Numbered from the stretch's first letter, positions 48,936 to 58,815 are shown. The stretch is 64,000 nt of DNA from Tissierellaceae bacterium (GCA_031460505.1 JAVKTT010000004.1:118197-182196); one strand, 5' to 3'. Translations and numbers: made by a program. Notes: generated by a model from the letters alone, not told the origin.

Positions 48936-50273
48936 TTACACCCTTTGTATGTATTCATTTCCAAATACATCTACTACTCTAAGAATTATTTCTTTATCTT
49001 TCATCAAATCTACTTCAATATTAGTATCTATTATTAACCTATCTTGACTTCTTAATTCCTCATATTGAATATTTATTTCATTTTTATCTTCTAAATATCC
49101 AAAACCTATGTAATCCACCAAAGCCAATGAATTAGTTTTTATGATGTCTTCTAGACTCATGGCTTCTTTCTTGCTTAGTTTTACAGAATTTATATCTAGA
49201 TTATATTCTTTAAGATTAAATATATATATAATAGAACTTTTATTTGATTTTTTCTCCAAATTATAGGACATTCTATCTTCAAAAGTAAATTCATTTATAT
49301 TATGTATTGTGTACGATTCATTAGGTATAGCCCCTAATCTCTTTCTCATAATTGCAGTAGATATATTTCCTAAATCAGATGTGACCCACCTTCGTTTGTT
49401 TTTCTGTGCTACTACAGCTGTAGTTCCGCTTCCACCAAAGAAATCAGCAATTATGGAGCCTTCTCTAGAAGACGATAAGATAATACGTTCTAGGAGAGTT
49501 TCAGGCTTTTGAGTCCTATATCCTATCCTTTCCCTAGATGTTCTACCTACCATATTGATTTGCCATACATCTTTTAGATTAACAAGAGTGTACCAACCAA
49601 GTTCATCTTCATATTCTTTGACATTTTTAAACCTATAGGGTTTATAGTCACGATTATATGATTTTTCTTTTTGTGGGTTAAATATATAATTCTTAGTTTT
49701 AGTATATACTAGAATATTATCATGCTTTCGTGAAAAATACTTACTACTTGTACCTCCAGATTTGTATGACCATATTATCTCATTTAGAAAATTATCCTTA
49801 CCGAATATGCAATCCATTAAGATTTTCACATAATGAACAGTTCTATAATCTAGATGAACATATATACTACCTTTATCCGAAAGAAGCTCTTTCATAAGAA
49901 ATAATCTTAGAGTCATCATTTTAAGGTACTCCTTTATACCCTCTTCCCAAGTATCACTATATCCAAAGGTCTCTAGAGGCTGCTTTTTATCACCATTTAA
50001 AACCTCTATACGATGTGTATAGTTGGAATTGGAATAAAAAGGTGGATCTATATAAATTAAATCTATCTTTGATCCATATCCCCTATCAATTAAGTCCTTC
50101 ATGGCATGAATATTATCACTCTTGTATAATAGATTTGAGTTTTCATCCTTATTTAAATGTTTTATATTTTCCGTGTAAAATTCTAAGCTCTCTCCCTTAA
50201 TAATACTTTCTGCCTCTATTTTGCTTTTCTCAATAATTTCAGGTATAGAAATTATTAAATCCATTTCATTCAT
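48936..50273 (-). CDS. Beta-class DNA methyltransferase (N6-adenine or N4-cytosine), no adjacent restriction gene
   Basis: Motif IV DLIYIDPPF (residue ~70) precedes motif I FFGGSGTTAVVA (residue ~278). The QKPETLLERII motif is present. A ~140-aa extra C-terminal region follows. Confidence 0.8.
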   Translation of the reverse strand: MNEMDLIISIPEIIEKSKIEAESIIKGESLEFYTENIKHLNKDENSNLLYKSDNIHAMKDLIDRGYGSKIDLIYIDPPFYSNSNYTHRIEVLNGDKKQPLETFGYSDTWEEGIKEYLKMMTLRLFLMKELLSDKGSIYVHLDYRTVHYVKILMDCIFGKDNFLNEIIWSYKSGGTSSKYFSRKHDNILVYTKTKNYIFNPQKEKSYNRDYKPYRFKNVKEYEDELGWYTLVNLKDVWQINMVGRTSRERIGYRTQKPETLLERIILSSSREGSIIADFFGGSGTTAVVAQKNKRRWVTSDLGNISTAIMRKRLGAIPNESYTIHNINEFTFEDRMSYNLEKKSNKSSIIYIFNLKEYNLDINSVKLSKKEAMSLEDIIKTNSLALVDYIGFGYLEDKNEINIQYEELRSQDRLIIDTNIEVDLMKDKEIILRVVDVFGNEYIQRV

Positions 50274-50388
50274 ATGGCACCTCCTATATGTAGTTAATTA
50301 TAACATCTATAGAAATCTTTTACAGTCTTATATTATTCTGTCATTATCTGGGTATATACAATAAAGAATACTTAAGGGAGGTCATAGG

Positions 50389-50880
50389 ATGATAAAAAGA
50401 GAATTAGATGTTATTACACAAGGAATTCTAAATGAAGTAGAAGGTTATGAATTTTACAAATTAGCTGCTAATCAAGCAGGAAACAATGAAAGTAAAGAAG
50501 CTTTCTTAGAATTAGCAAACGAAGAATTAAAGCATATCGATTACTTAAAAGCCTTATTTAACAAAATTAAAAATAGTAATCAGGATGATATTCAACTAGC
50601 ATTTGATACAAAACCACCTAGTCCAGATATTTATAATTGGAAAAAGATGGACAAACAATATACTTCTTTAGCTATGTCTGTTTTTGGTATTGGTATTCAA
50701 ATGGAAAAGGCTTCAATTGATTTCTATGAAGATGCAAAAGCAAAAACAGAAATCAAAGAAGCCAAAGAATTATATGATCTTTTAATAAAATGGGAGTATG
50801 TCCATTTAGAGCAATTCACTGAGCAATACAATACTTATAAAGAAGATTGGTGGTATGACCAAGGATTTGCTCCATTCTAA
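50389..50880 (+). CDS. Ferritin-like/rubrerythrin-family diiron protein
   Basis: EVEGYEFY and ANEELKHIDYL (ExxH) in the first half. MEKASIDFY and KWEYVHLEQF (ExxH-like) in the second half. Confidence 0.6.
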   Translation: MIKRELDVITQGILNEVEGYEFYKLAANQAGNNESKEAFLELANEELKHIDYLKALFNKIKNSNQDDIQLAFDTKPPSPDIYNWKKMDKQYTSLAMSVFGIGIQMEKASIDFYEDAKAKTEIKEAKELYDLLIKWEYVHLEQFTEQYNTYKEDWWYDQGFAPF

Positions 50881-51375
50881 TTAAATACTCATATCTATAT
50901 GGCAATAGCCACCAGGGTTTTTCTTAAGATAATCCTGGTGGTATTCTTCTGCTGGGAAGAATACTGATAAAGGCAATATCTCTGTTACTATATCCTTATC
51001 ATACTTAAGCTTTTGTTCTTCTAATGTCTTATTGATTATTTCTAAATCATCTTTATTTACATAATAGATACCAGTTCTATATTGATTACCAATATCTCCG
51101 CCTTGTCTATTCAGTAATGTTGGATCAATTATTCTCCAAAATCTATTTAGTAGTGTTTCCAAGGATATAATCTTTTCATTGAATTTAATATAGGTAGTCT
51201 CTGCATGACCAGTAGTACCTGTGCATACTTGCTCATAACTTGGGTTATTTCTATACCCATTTGCATAGCCTACTTCAGTATCTACTACACCATCTATTCT
51301 TGACATATATTCCTCTACACCCCAAAAACATCCACCTGCTAAATATATTTCCTTCAAATTCATCATTCCTTTCAT
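50881..51375 (-). CDS. msrA: Peptide-methionine (S)-S-oxide reductase
   Basis: GGCFWGVE active-site motif. GYxNG and HAE motifs are present. Confidence 0.9.
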   Translation of the reverse strand: MKGMMNLKEIYLAGGCFWGVEEYMSRIDGVVDTEVGYANGYRNNPSYEQVCTGTTGHAETTYIKFNEKIISLETLLNRFWRIIDPTLLNRQGGDIGNQYRTGIYYVNKDDLEIINKTLEEQKLKYDKDIVTEILPLSVFFPAEEYHQDYLKKNPGGYCHIDMSI

Positions 51376-51383
51376 CCTAGGAT

Positions 51384-53147
51384 TTAGTTACTTAAATCAT
51401 CTATTAATAGTATATACTCAAGGTTTTTTAATTCAACATTTTCTTCGATTTTAGCACCAGATATATTTGTAAATACTATCTTAACTTTAACCCCATCTTG
51501 TTGGGTTTCATAACTCATCTCATCTGGATTTTTTTGATCTTTTTCATAATCCAAATCAAATCCAAACTTGCTTATAATCTCTAAGGCCACCTCATTAGTA
51601 TTAATTGAGATAAGTGTTCCATCATTTCTTTCTATAGATAAGATAAAACTATCCATATTCTTAATAATCTTTAAGTCTTCAAGAACAATCTCATCATTAT
51701 TCCATGATGCAACTTGAATATAGTGTTCATACCCTTTTATATCTATAGGTTTATCCATTAGATTTAGTCCATAGTAGAAATATCTTTCATTAGTTGGTAT
51801 ACCCCAAACATTTGGCTCATATTTAAATCCAAATACATCTTCCATATGGGAAGTTTCGAAATCATCGCTTAAAACTTTTACATCGTCCAAAGAATGATAT
51901 GAGTAAAAATAATGAAGTATATTATTGATTTCTAGTTGGTCTTCTTTAGATACATTTGTATTTCTAACTATACTATCCCCTGAAATCATAGAATTTCTAT
52001 CAAGTATAGAATTTAATCTACGATTTTGGCTATATTTTGATATGGAATAGCTGCTTAAAGGTCCTAGGACTGAATTTAGTACAACTAATGATAATGATAT
52101 AGGAATGATAATATTCTTCAGTGGTTTCTTAATTGAAAAATATAACATTATCAATGTTATCCATAATCCTAGTACTAATATATAGTATCTATTTTCTGTG
52201 ATACCATATTGACTAATTCTCTGACCGATTGATACAAACATCATCAACAATATCGGTATAACTAACTTTGGAAATATGAATTTAAAATATCTACTAATTT
52301 TATCAGTCTCTATTAATGGTGTAATTAAAAATATTACTCCTATACTTAGTGCAGTATACCAAATTACTAGATGGGATACCAAACCCTTTGGCCACTGCCA
52401 TGTAATTAGTATTTTTGCAAAGTAGACATATAGTATGATTGTATATATTGTTATCAACGGAATAACTATATAGGTCAATAGTATTCTCATAGATCCAGAA
52501 TATTGTTTTCTATCAAATGTTTCTCCATCTTGTGGTAACTTTGATAAAAAGAATGATACTGCAAACACAAAGAATACAATTAAAAATGTATATAGATAAT
52601 ATTTGTAAGTTAAATTTGCATCAAATAAATTATCTATTGTAAAGAATATGGCAAATATCCCAAATACCAATACAAAGGAATAGATTGCTGTTTCAAAGAA
52701 ATTGCCAAATATCTCTAAGACTCTATACTCATAATTCTTATCCTTATTACCTATGACAGGTATATAGAAAAATACTAACAATAAAAATATTATAGTCCCA
52801 GCATATCTAGTCATCTCAACAAATTCGAATTTCTTTAATAAGAACAAATAATAAAACACTAATATGGCTGTGCCACCTAAATATGTTAATAAACTTTTAG
52901 TTTTGTTTTCTTTGAAAAAATTCTCGCTTAATAGAGCTATACACAATGACAATAGTATTGCAATTCCAAGTATCATATTAAAGCGCATTAGATTCTCTTG
53001 TACTAAGGTTGTCATTTCAAACCGATTTTCATTTAAGTATATAAGTGAAATGGTTAATAATGTTGAAATTCCAATTGTAATTGGAAATCTTTTAAATGAA
53101 AGTTTAAGACCTTGTAAAATTGATACAAATCTATTTAAAAACTTCAT
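51384..53147 (-). CDS. Large polytopic membrane protein with a C-terminal soluble domain (possibly DUF4153)
   Basis: About 11 hydrophobic segments followed by a ~200-aa hydrophilic tail. Start at the ATG after CAGGAGGTG. Family name is tentative. Confidence 0.45.
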   Translation of the reverse strand: MKFLNRFVSILQGLKLSFKRFPITIGISTLLTISLIYLNENRFEMTTLVQENLMRFNMILGIAILLSLCIALLSENFFKENKTKSLLTYLGGTAILVFYYLFLLKKFEFVEMTRYAGTIIFLLLVFFYIPVIGNKDKNYEYRVLEIFGNFFETAIYSFVLVFGIFAIFFTIDNLFDANLTYKYYLYTFLIVFFVFAVSFFLSKLPQDGETFDRKQYSGSMRILLTYIVIPLITIYTIILYVYFAKILITWQWPKGLVSHLVIWYTALSIGVIFLITPLIETDKISRYFKFIFPKLVIPILLMMFVSIGQRISQYGITENRYYILVLGLWITLIMLYFSIKKPLKNIIIPISLSLVVLNSVLGPLSSYSISKYSQNRRLNSILDRNSMISGDSIVRNTNVSKEDQLEINNILHYFYSYHSLDDVKVLSDDFETSHMEDVFGFKYEPNVWGIPTNERYFYYGLNLMDKPIDIKGYEHYIQVASWNNDEIVLEDLKIIKNMDSFILSIERNDGTLISINTNEVALEIISKFGFDLDYEKDQKNPDEMSYETQQDGVKVKIVFTNISGAKIEENVELKNLEYILLIDDLSN

Positions 53148-53252
53148 AATATACACCTCCTGTATATATATTATATTTACCCTAATTATACATTTTCTAT
53201 AACATGTATAGGTTACATAAGTATTACAATTAATGCTCTAAAGGCATTGCCT

Positions 53253-53972
53253 TTAGAGCATTTCTTTTAATCTATCTTCATCTTTTATGATAATAACTTT
53301 ATTCCCTTCAAAATCTATAATACCTAATTCTTTAAATGTTCTTAGTTTTCTTGTCATGGTTTCCCGTGATATACCTGCATAACTACCCATTTCTTCTCTA
53401 TTGATAGTTAGATTTAAAATAATCTCATTACCTTTTCTAGTGCCAAAATCATCTTCCAATCTAAGTAATAGACTAGCAACTTTTGCGTCAGTACTGGTGG
53501 TTGAAAGTCTGTCAACCAAATCCTCTGCCCATCTGATACGCTCATATGCTTGCTCAAGTACTTTAAGAGTAATGGTAGGATTCTTTATTATTATTTCATC
53601 GAACTTTTTCTTACTTAATGTGCTTACTACTGTATCTTCTAATGCTTCTCCATTATACTTATATTCGTCTTCTTTTAATAGATTGAAACCACCTACAAAA
53701 TCCCCAGCCCCGTATATATACAGTATTTGTTCTCTACCATCAGAAAGATACTTAAATATCTTCATCTTTCCTTGACAAACTATATAAAGCCTATCTGCCT
53801 TATCTCCAGTTCTAAAGATAATATCACCTTTTTTAAACTCTTTAGTGACTACTCCTTCGGAGACTTTTTGACTTTCTTCATCATTTAGGTTGGATAATAA
53901 AGGTATATTATGAAGACAAGATTTGCCTTTACATTCTTTGCAGTGTCTATCGCATATGATACAATTTTTTAT
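53253..53972 (-). CDS. Crp/Fnr family transcriptional regulator with an N-terminal Cys cluster, probably starting at ATA
   Basis: cNMP-binding-like barrel (FKKGDIIFRTGDKADRLYIVCQGKMKIF) and C-terminal HTH (REEMGSYAGISRETMTRKLR). The track ATG (53765) lies inside the barrel. The frame is open upstream to ATA 53970-53972, 6 nt after AGAGGTG. Confidence 0.7.
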   Translation of the reverse strand: MKNCIICDRHCKECKGKSCLHNIPLLSNLNDEESQKVSEGVVTKEFKKGDIIFRTGDKADRLYIVCQGKMKIFKYLSDGREQILYIYGAGDFVGGFNLLKEDEYKYNGEALEDTVVSTLSKKKFDEIIIKNPTITLKVLEQAYERIRWAEDLVDRLSTTSTDAKVASLLLRLEDDFGTRKGNEIILNLTINREEMGSYAGISRETMTRKLRTFKELGIIDFEGNKVIIIKDEDRLKEML

Positions 53973-54004
53973 TTAAATCACCTCTAATATGATATAGACA
54001 TATG

Positions 54005-54048
54005 ATAAAAACGTAATTAATAGAAGCTTAATGCTTCTACTAATTACG
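54005..54048 (-). terminator. Rho-independent terminator of the pflBA operon
   Basis: Minus strand: cgtaattagtagaagc-attaa-gcttctattaattacg followed by TTTTTA. Confidence 0.75.
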
Positions 54049-54062
54049 CAGGTTCCATTTTA

Positions 54063-54824
54063 TTATACAATTTTCTTTTTCTCTTTAATTCTACTTCTTT
54101 CTTCATCTAGTAGTCTATTTAATAGTTTTTCATAGTCTTTGGCTTTGTCTTTATCCATTTCAGGTATGTCTTTTAATGTATACTCCATGTTTAGATTCTC
54201 ATACTTTTCGATTCCTAATCTGTGATATGGTAGTATTTCAAATCTATCTATTTTATCAGCCATATAAGCTATTTCTTCGAATAGGTTATAGATACTTTTT
54301 TCATTGTCTGTAATAGATGGAACCATTACATGTCTTAACCATATTGTACCATGAAAATCATTTAAATAGGATAGAAATTTATTAAATCTTTGTTTAGATT
54401 TTCCAGTTATTGATTTATAACCTTCATTGCTGAAGTGCTTGATATCTAAGATTACTACATCTACTAATTCTAGTATCTCCTTAAAATATCTTTCATCCCC
54501 ATAACCACTTGTATCTATTGCTGTATTTATACCAGCTTCCTTTAACAGTTTCAATGTCTTTACTAAAAACTCACCTTGTAGTAGTGGTTCACCACCGGAG
54601 AAGGTGACCCCTCCTCCTGATCTATTGTAATAAGTTTTATATCTTAGAGCTGTTCTTAGTACTTCTTCAGGTGTTATTTGTTCTTTAGAAAACATAGTTT
54701 GACTATCAGGATTATGACAATACGCACATCTTAATGGACAGCCTTGTAGAAAGAATACTGTTCTTATTCCAGGTCCGTCTACTAGCCCCATTGTCTCTAT
54801 TGAATGTAATCTTCCTTCAGTCAT
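54063..54824 (-). CDS. pflA: Pyruvate formate-lyase activating enzyme (radical SAM)
   Basis: GPGIRTVFFLQGCPLRCAYCHNPD cluster motif. Immediately downstream of pflB. ATG follows AAAGGTGA. Confidence 0.9.
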   Translation of the reverse strand: MTEGRLHSIETMGLVDGPGIRTVFFLQGCPLRCAYCHNPDSQTMFSKEQITPEEVLRTALRYKTYYNRSGGGVTFSGGEPLLQGEFLVKTLKLLKEAGINTAIDTSGYGDERYFKEILELVDVVILDIKHFSNEGYKSITGKSKQRFNKFLSYLNDFHGTIWLRHVMVPSITDNEKSIYNLFEEIAYMADKIDRFEILPYHRLGIEKYENLNMEYTLKDIPEMDKDKAKDYEKLLNRLLDEERSRIKEKKKIV

Positions 54825-54838
54825 ATTGATCACCTTTC

Positions 54839-57082
54839 CTAAACTCTTTCATGGAATGTTCTGCTTATTACTTCTAATTGTTGTTCTCTTGTTAATCTGT
54901 TAAAATGTACTGCATATCCTGATACTCTGATTGTTAAAGTTGGGTATTTAGCTGGATTTTCCATAGCATCTATTAATAATTCTCTATTTAATACATTTAC
55001 ATTTAAGTGGAAAGCATCTTGTTCAAAATAACCATCCATTATTCCAACTAGGTTATTTACTCTATCTTCTTTACTATTACCTAGAGCAGTAGGTACAATT
55101 GAAAATGTATTTGAAATACCATCTTTACAAATATTATCATATGGAATTTTTGCTACTGAGTTTAGTGATGCTAATGCTCCGTTTGAATCTCTACCGTGCA
55201 TTGGGTTTGCTCCTGGAGCGAATGGTTCACCTTTTTTCCTTCCGTCTGGTGTTGCACCTGTTTTCTTTCCATAAACAACATTTGATGTAATAGTAAGGAC
55301 TGATAATGTATGTTCTGCGTCTCTGTATGTTGGTGTTTTCTTTAACTCATTGCTAAAGTGAGTAACTACATCTATTGCAATTTGGTCTACTCTATCATCA
55401 TCGTTACCATATTTAGGGAATTCCCCTTCTATTTCAAAATCTATTGCTATACCATTTTCATCTCTAACTGGTTTAACTTTAGCATATTTGATTGCGCTCA
55501 AACTATCTGCAACTATTGATAACCCTGCTACACCAAATGCCATATATCTATGAACTTCGGTATCATGCAATGCCATTTGACCTTTTTCATAAGCGTATTT
55601 ATCATGCATATAATGGATTGTATTCATTGTATCTACATAAAGCTCAGATAATTCTTCTACTACTTTTTTATAGTTAGCTAATACTTTATCATAATCTAAT
55701 ATTTCATCTTCAATTCTTTCAATATCATCAAATACTTGTATTAAAGATCCATCTTTATTTCTTTTCTTTTCATCTATTCCACCATTTATTGAATATAATA
55801 ATGCTTTTGCAAGATTCGCTCTAGCACCAAAGAATTGCATTTCTTTACCAACTCTCATAGCTGATACACAACAAGCGATAGCATAATCATCACCATAAAT
55901 AGGTCTCATAACATCGTCATTTTCATATTGAATTGAACCTGTTTTAATGGACATTTTAGCACAGTATTCTTTGAACCCTTCTGGTAAGTTTACTGACCAA
56001 AGTACTGTCATATTTGGTTCTGGAGCTGGTGAAAGTGTTGTTAATGTGTGTAAAAACCTAAATGCTGATTTAGTTACTAATGTTCTACCATCTTCACCCA
56101 TACCACCAATTGATTCTGTAACCCAGTTAGGATCTCCAGCAAATAATTCGTTATAATCTGGTGTTCTTAAGTGTCTTGCTAATCTTAATTTAATTACAAA
56201 TTGATCAATTAGTTCTTGTGCTTCTTCTTCTGTTAGAGTTCCGTTTTGTAAATCTCTTTCTATATATATATCTAGGAATGTAGTGTTTCTACCTAGTGAC
56301 ATTGCTGCCCCATTGTTCTCTTTTATAGCTGCTAAATATCCAAAATATAGGAATTGTACAGCTTCCCTAGCATTTTTAGCTGGTCCTGATATATCATAGC
56401 CATAGGATGAAGCCATTGCCTTTATTTCATCTAATGCTCTAATTTGCTCAGATACTTCTTCTCTACTTCTGATAAGGTCTTCAGACGCATTACCTTTTAT
56501 GTTCTTTTTGTCTTTAAGTTTTTCTGCCTTTAGAAAATCTATACCATATAGTGCAATTCTTCTATAGTCACCAATAATACGTCCTCTACCATAGGCATCT
56601 GGTAATCCAGTAAGTAATCCAACTGTTCTTGCTTTTCTCATCTCTTCTGTATAAGCGTCAAATACACCTTGATTGTGAGTTTTTCTAAATTCATTAAAGT
56701 GTTTTTCTAGGGTACCATCCATTTGTGCACCATATGCCTCTAATGAATTTTGTACCATTCTATATCCACCGTAAGGATTTACAATTCTTTTTAGTGGTTT
56801 ATCTGTTTGAAAACCAACTATCAATTCATTTTCTTTATCTAAGTATCCTGGTTCATGATTAGCTATGCCTGAAAATGCTTTAGTACAGATTTCTATTTCA
56901 TTATCTAAAATCTCTTTTTCTACCATCTTTTCAGCTTTATCCCAAAGAGCCTTAGTTCTATCAGTTACATCTGCTAAGAATTCCTCATCTCCTTCATAAG
57001 GAGTATAGTTTAATTGAATAAATTCACGTACATTTACTTCTTCTTTCCAACTACCTTCCTTGAAACCGTCCCATTGTTTCAT
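54839..57082 (-). CDS. pflB: Formate C-acetyltransferase (pyruvate formate-lyase)
   Basis: Glycyl-radical motif [11 protein letters not shown] and active-site Cys pair IACCVSAM. Start at MKQWDGF after GGGAGA. Confidence 0.9.
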   Translation of the reverse strand: MKQWDGFKEGSWKEEVNVREFIQLNYTPYEGDEEFLADVTDRTKALWDKAEKMVEKEILDNEIEICTKAFSGIANHEPGYLDKENELIVGFQTDKPLKRIVNPYGGYRMVQNSLEAYGAQMDGTLEKHFNEFRKTHNQGVFDAYTEEMRKARTVGLLTGLPDAYGRGRIIGDYRRIALYGIDFLKAEKLKDKKNIKGNASEDLIRSREEVSEQIRALDEIKAMASSYGYDISGPAKNAREAVQFLYFGYLAAIKENNGAAMSLGRNTTFLDIYIERDLQNGTLTEEEAQELIDQFVIKLRLARHLRTPDYNELFAGDPNWVTESIGGMGEDGRTLVTKSAFRFLHTLTTLSPAPEPNMTVLWSVNLPEGFKEYCAKMSIKTGSIQYENDDVMRPIYGDDYAIACCVSAMRVGKEMQFFGARANLAKALLYSINGGIDEKKRNKDGSLIQVFDDIERIEDEILDYDKVLANYKKVVEELSELYVDTMNTIHYMHDKYAYEKGQMALHDTEVHRYMAFGVAGLSIVADSLSAIKYAKVKPVRDENGIAIDFEIEGEFPKYGNDDDRVDQIAIDVVTHFSNELKKTPTYRDAEHTLSVLTITSNVVYGKKTGATPDGRKKGEPFAPGANPMHGRDSNGALASLNSVAKIPYDNICKDGISNTFSIVPTALGNSKEDRVNNLVGIMDGYFEQDAFHLNVNVLNRELLIDAMENPAKYPTLTIRVSGYAVHFNRLTREQQLEVISRTFHERV

Positions 57083-57135
57083 TAAAATCATCTCCCAATC
57101 TATATATAAAGTAGAATTATTCTCTTCTTGAATTT

Positions 57136-57141
57136 ATTATA
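57136..57141 (-). promoter_or_regulatory. Candidate -10 hexamer (TATAAT) of the pflB promoter
   Basis: The minus strand reads TTCTATATAATAAA. It lies ~55 nt upstream of the pflB ATG and 21 nt downstream of the Crp/Fnr-type box. Confidence 0.4.
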
Positions 57142-57162
57142 TAGAATATCACACTTTAATGC

Positions 57163-57178
57163 AGTGATTCAAATCACA
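57163..57178 (-). promoter_or_regulatory. Crp/Fnr-type operator TGTGATTTGAATCACT
   Basis: Perfect inner inverted repeat GTGAT-N4-ATCAC (57164-57177). Matches TGTGA-N6-TCACA at 9 of 10 positions. Confidence 0.5.
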
Positions 57179-57306
57179 ATTTTGGGCATGAGCAGTCGAA
57201 TTCAAATTTATTTACTCCCTACAGTCATATAAATGATGAATTCTTTGCATTTGACCTACACCTGTTATTTACAAGGTTAGGAAAATGTTTGAGAGTGCCC
57301 AGGGGA

Positions 57307-57338
57307 AATAAAAAAAGTATTTGGTTTGACCAAATACT
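57307..57338 (-). terminator. Terminator of the RelA/SpoT-domain gene
   Basis: Minus strand: agtatttgg-tcaaa-ccaaatact followed by TTTTTTTATTT. Confidence 0.7.
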
Positions 57339-58684
57339 TATATTCCAATTTCACATATTTTCGATACTAATTCATCTTTTTTGCTTATAAAGTCTTCGTA
57401 AGTAACGACATCATTTAATTCTTCTTTAATAATACACATTACTTTATTTATACTGCATTCGCTGATAAAATCAATGCTTATCTCCTTATTAAAACTATTT
57501 GCTATTGCATCTAGTATAGTATGAACTATGACTTCTTTATAGACAATATCAACTTCCTTGTCTTTTAATGCTTCTAAAATCCCTTCATGATATAAATATC
57601 TTAAGTAAATGATAAATCCTTCAAAGTCCTCTGCATTGCTTCCTTCTTCTATCTCAAAGATTATTTTAAATAATAGATTCCATCTAAAATCTCTATTGAT
57701 AACATCTAAAATTTTGCTACCGATTTTTCTAGTAAATGAATCATTAAAAAATATCTCTCTTTCGAATTCTATATAATTATTGAAATCTATACGGTTACTA
57801 CTTATCTCATCTAATCTGTTTAAAATTCTTAGGAAGTTTCTACTATAACTTCCATTTCCCTCATGCTCACCTTTCATAAATAGATAATTGGAGATAACAT
57901 CAATTGGCTTTTTAAAGTCAATTACAAATCCCAGTTCTTGTCTTACCTTGGTTATATAGATATCATGAGTTATCTTGGATACCAAACTCCTTAATTGATT
58001 CTGCTTTTGGAACGAATTACTTGTATCCATCTGACTCAACTGATTGTATAAAATCATCAATTGTCTATCAATCATTGTAAGGTTATCTTTAATTGATGAC
58101 ATTATATCTCTGAAAAAATCCTCAGTTAGCATATAATTGAAATTTTTATATAATACTTTATGATCAATTTCCCCCCAGAAAACATTTACCAAGGATTTGA
58201 TTTGTAATTCAAAGTTAATTTCAACTTCATCCTTCTTGTACTTCCCATCAATTTTATATATTTCAAATCCATTTTTCTGTGTTTGAGGTTGTTTGTCATC
58301 CAGTTTAAGTAAAATGGCGGAATTTAAATGATTAGAATGGTATCCGTCTTCTAGTTCTATACTAAATAATTCTAATATATCCTTGTAGATTTGTCCCTCA
58401 TCTTCAACAAATCTACATTCAATTCTAAATCCTATTAAATCCGATAAATTTCTTAGTAACTCTTGTGGCGTATTATATTTTAAATAAAAGTTGTATCTTA
58501 ATATCTTTTCCTTTAAACTTTCTGCGGACTTAATTCTATAGTTAACATTTAAAAAATGATCTTTAATAAAAAAGCTATCGTTAAAAAACTTTTCTAATTC
58601 TAATGCAACTTCGTTAATTCCATTTGAGTTTTTGTCTAGAATATCAAGTGTTTCATCTATAAAGTCAAACAACTCTAATTTCAT
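57338..58684 (-). CDS. RelA/SpoT (alarmone-synthetase fold) nucleotidyltransferase domain protein with a long unassigned C-terminal domain
   Basis: YRIKSAESLKEKILR, DLIGFRIECRF and NFELQIKSLVNVFWGEIDHKVLYK match the RelA_SpoT synthetase motifs. No HD, TGS or ACT regions. 448 aa, SD AAGGGGGA. Confidence 0.65.
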   Translation of the reverse strand: MKLELFDFIDETLDILDKNSNGINEVALELEKFFNDSFFIKDHFLNVNYRIKSAESLKEKILRYNFYLKYNTPQELLRNLSDLIGFRIECRFVEDEGQIYKDILELFSIELEDGYHSNHLNSAILLKLDDKQPQTQKNGFEIYKIDGKYKKDEVEINFELQIKSLVNVFWGEIDHKVLYKNFNYMLTEDFFRDIMSSIKDNLTMIDRQLMILYNQLSQMDTSNSFQKQNQLRSLVSKITHDIYITKVRQELGFVIDFKKPIDVISNYLFMKGEHEGNGSYSRNFLRILNRLDEISSNRIDFNNYIEFEREIFFNDSFTRKIGSKILDVINRDFRWNLLFKIIFEIEEGSNAEDFEGFIIYLRYLYHEGILEALKDKEVDIVYKEVIVHTILDAIANSFNKEISIDFISECSINKVMCIIKEELNDVVTYEDFISKKDELVSKICEIGI

Positions 58685-58815
58685 GTATTTCCCCCTTCTG
58701 AAAACGTTTTACATACATATTATAACATATTTATATGATGAAAATATGAAATTCAATAAATTATATTTTATCACTTTGTCCTCTATATTCATATTATATT
58801 AGAGGAGGTGATTTT

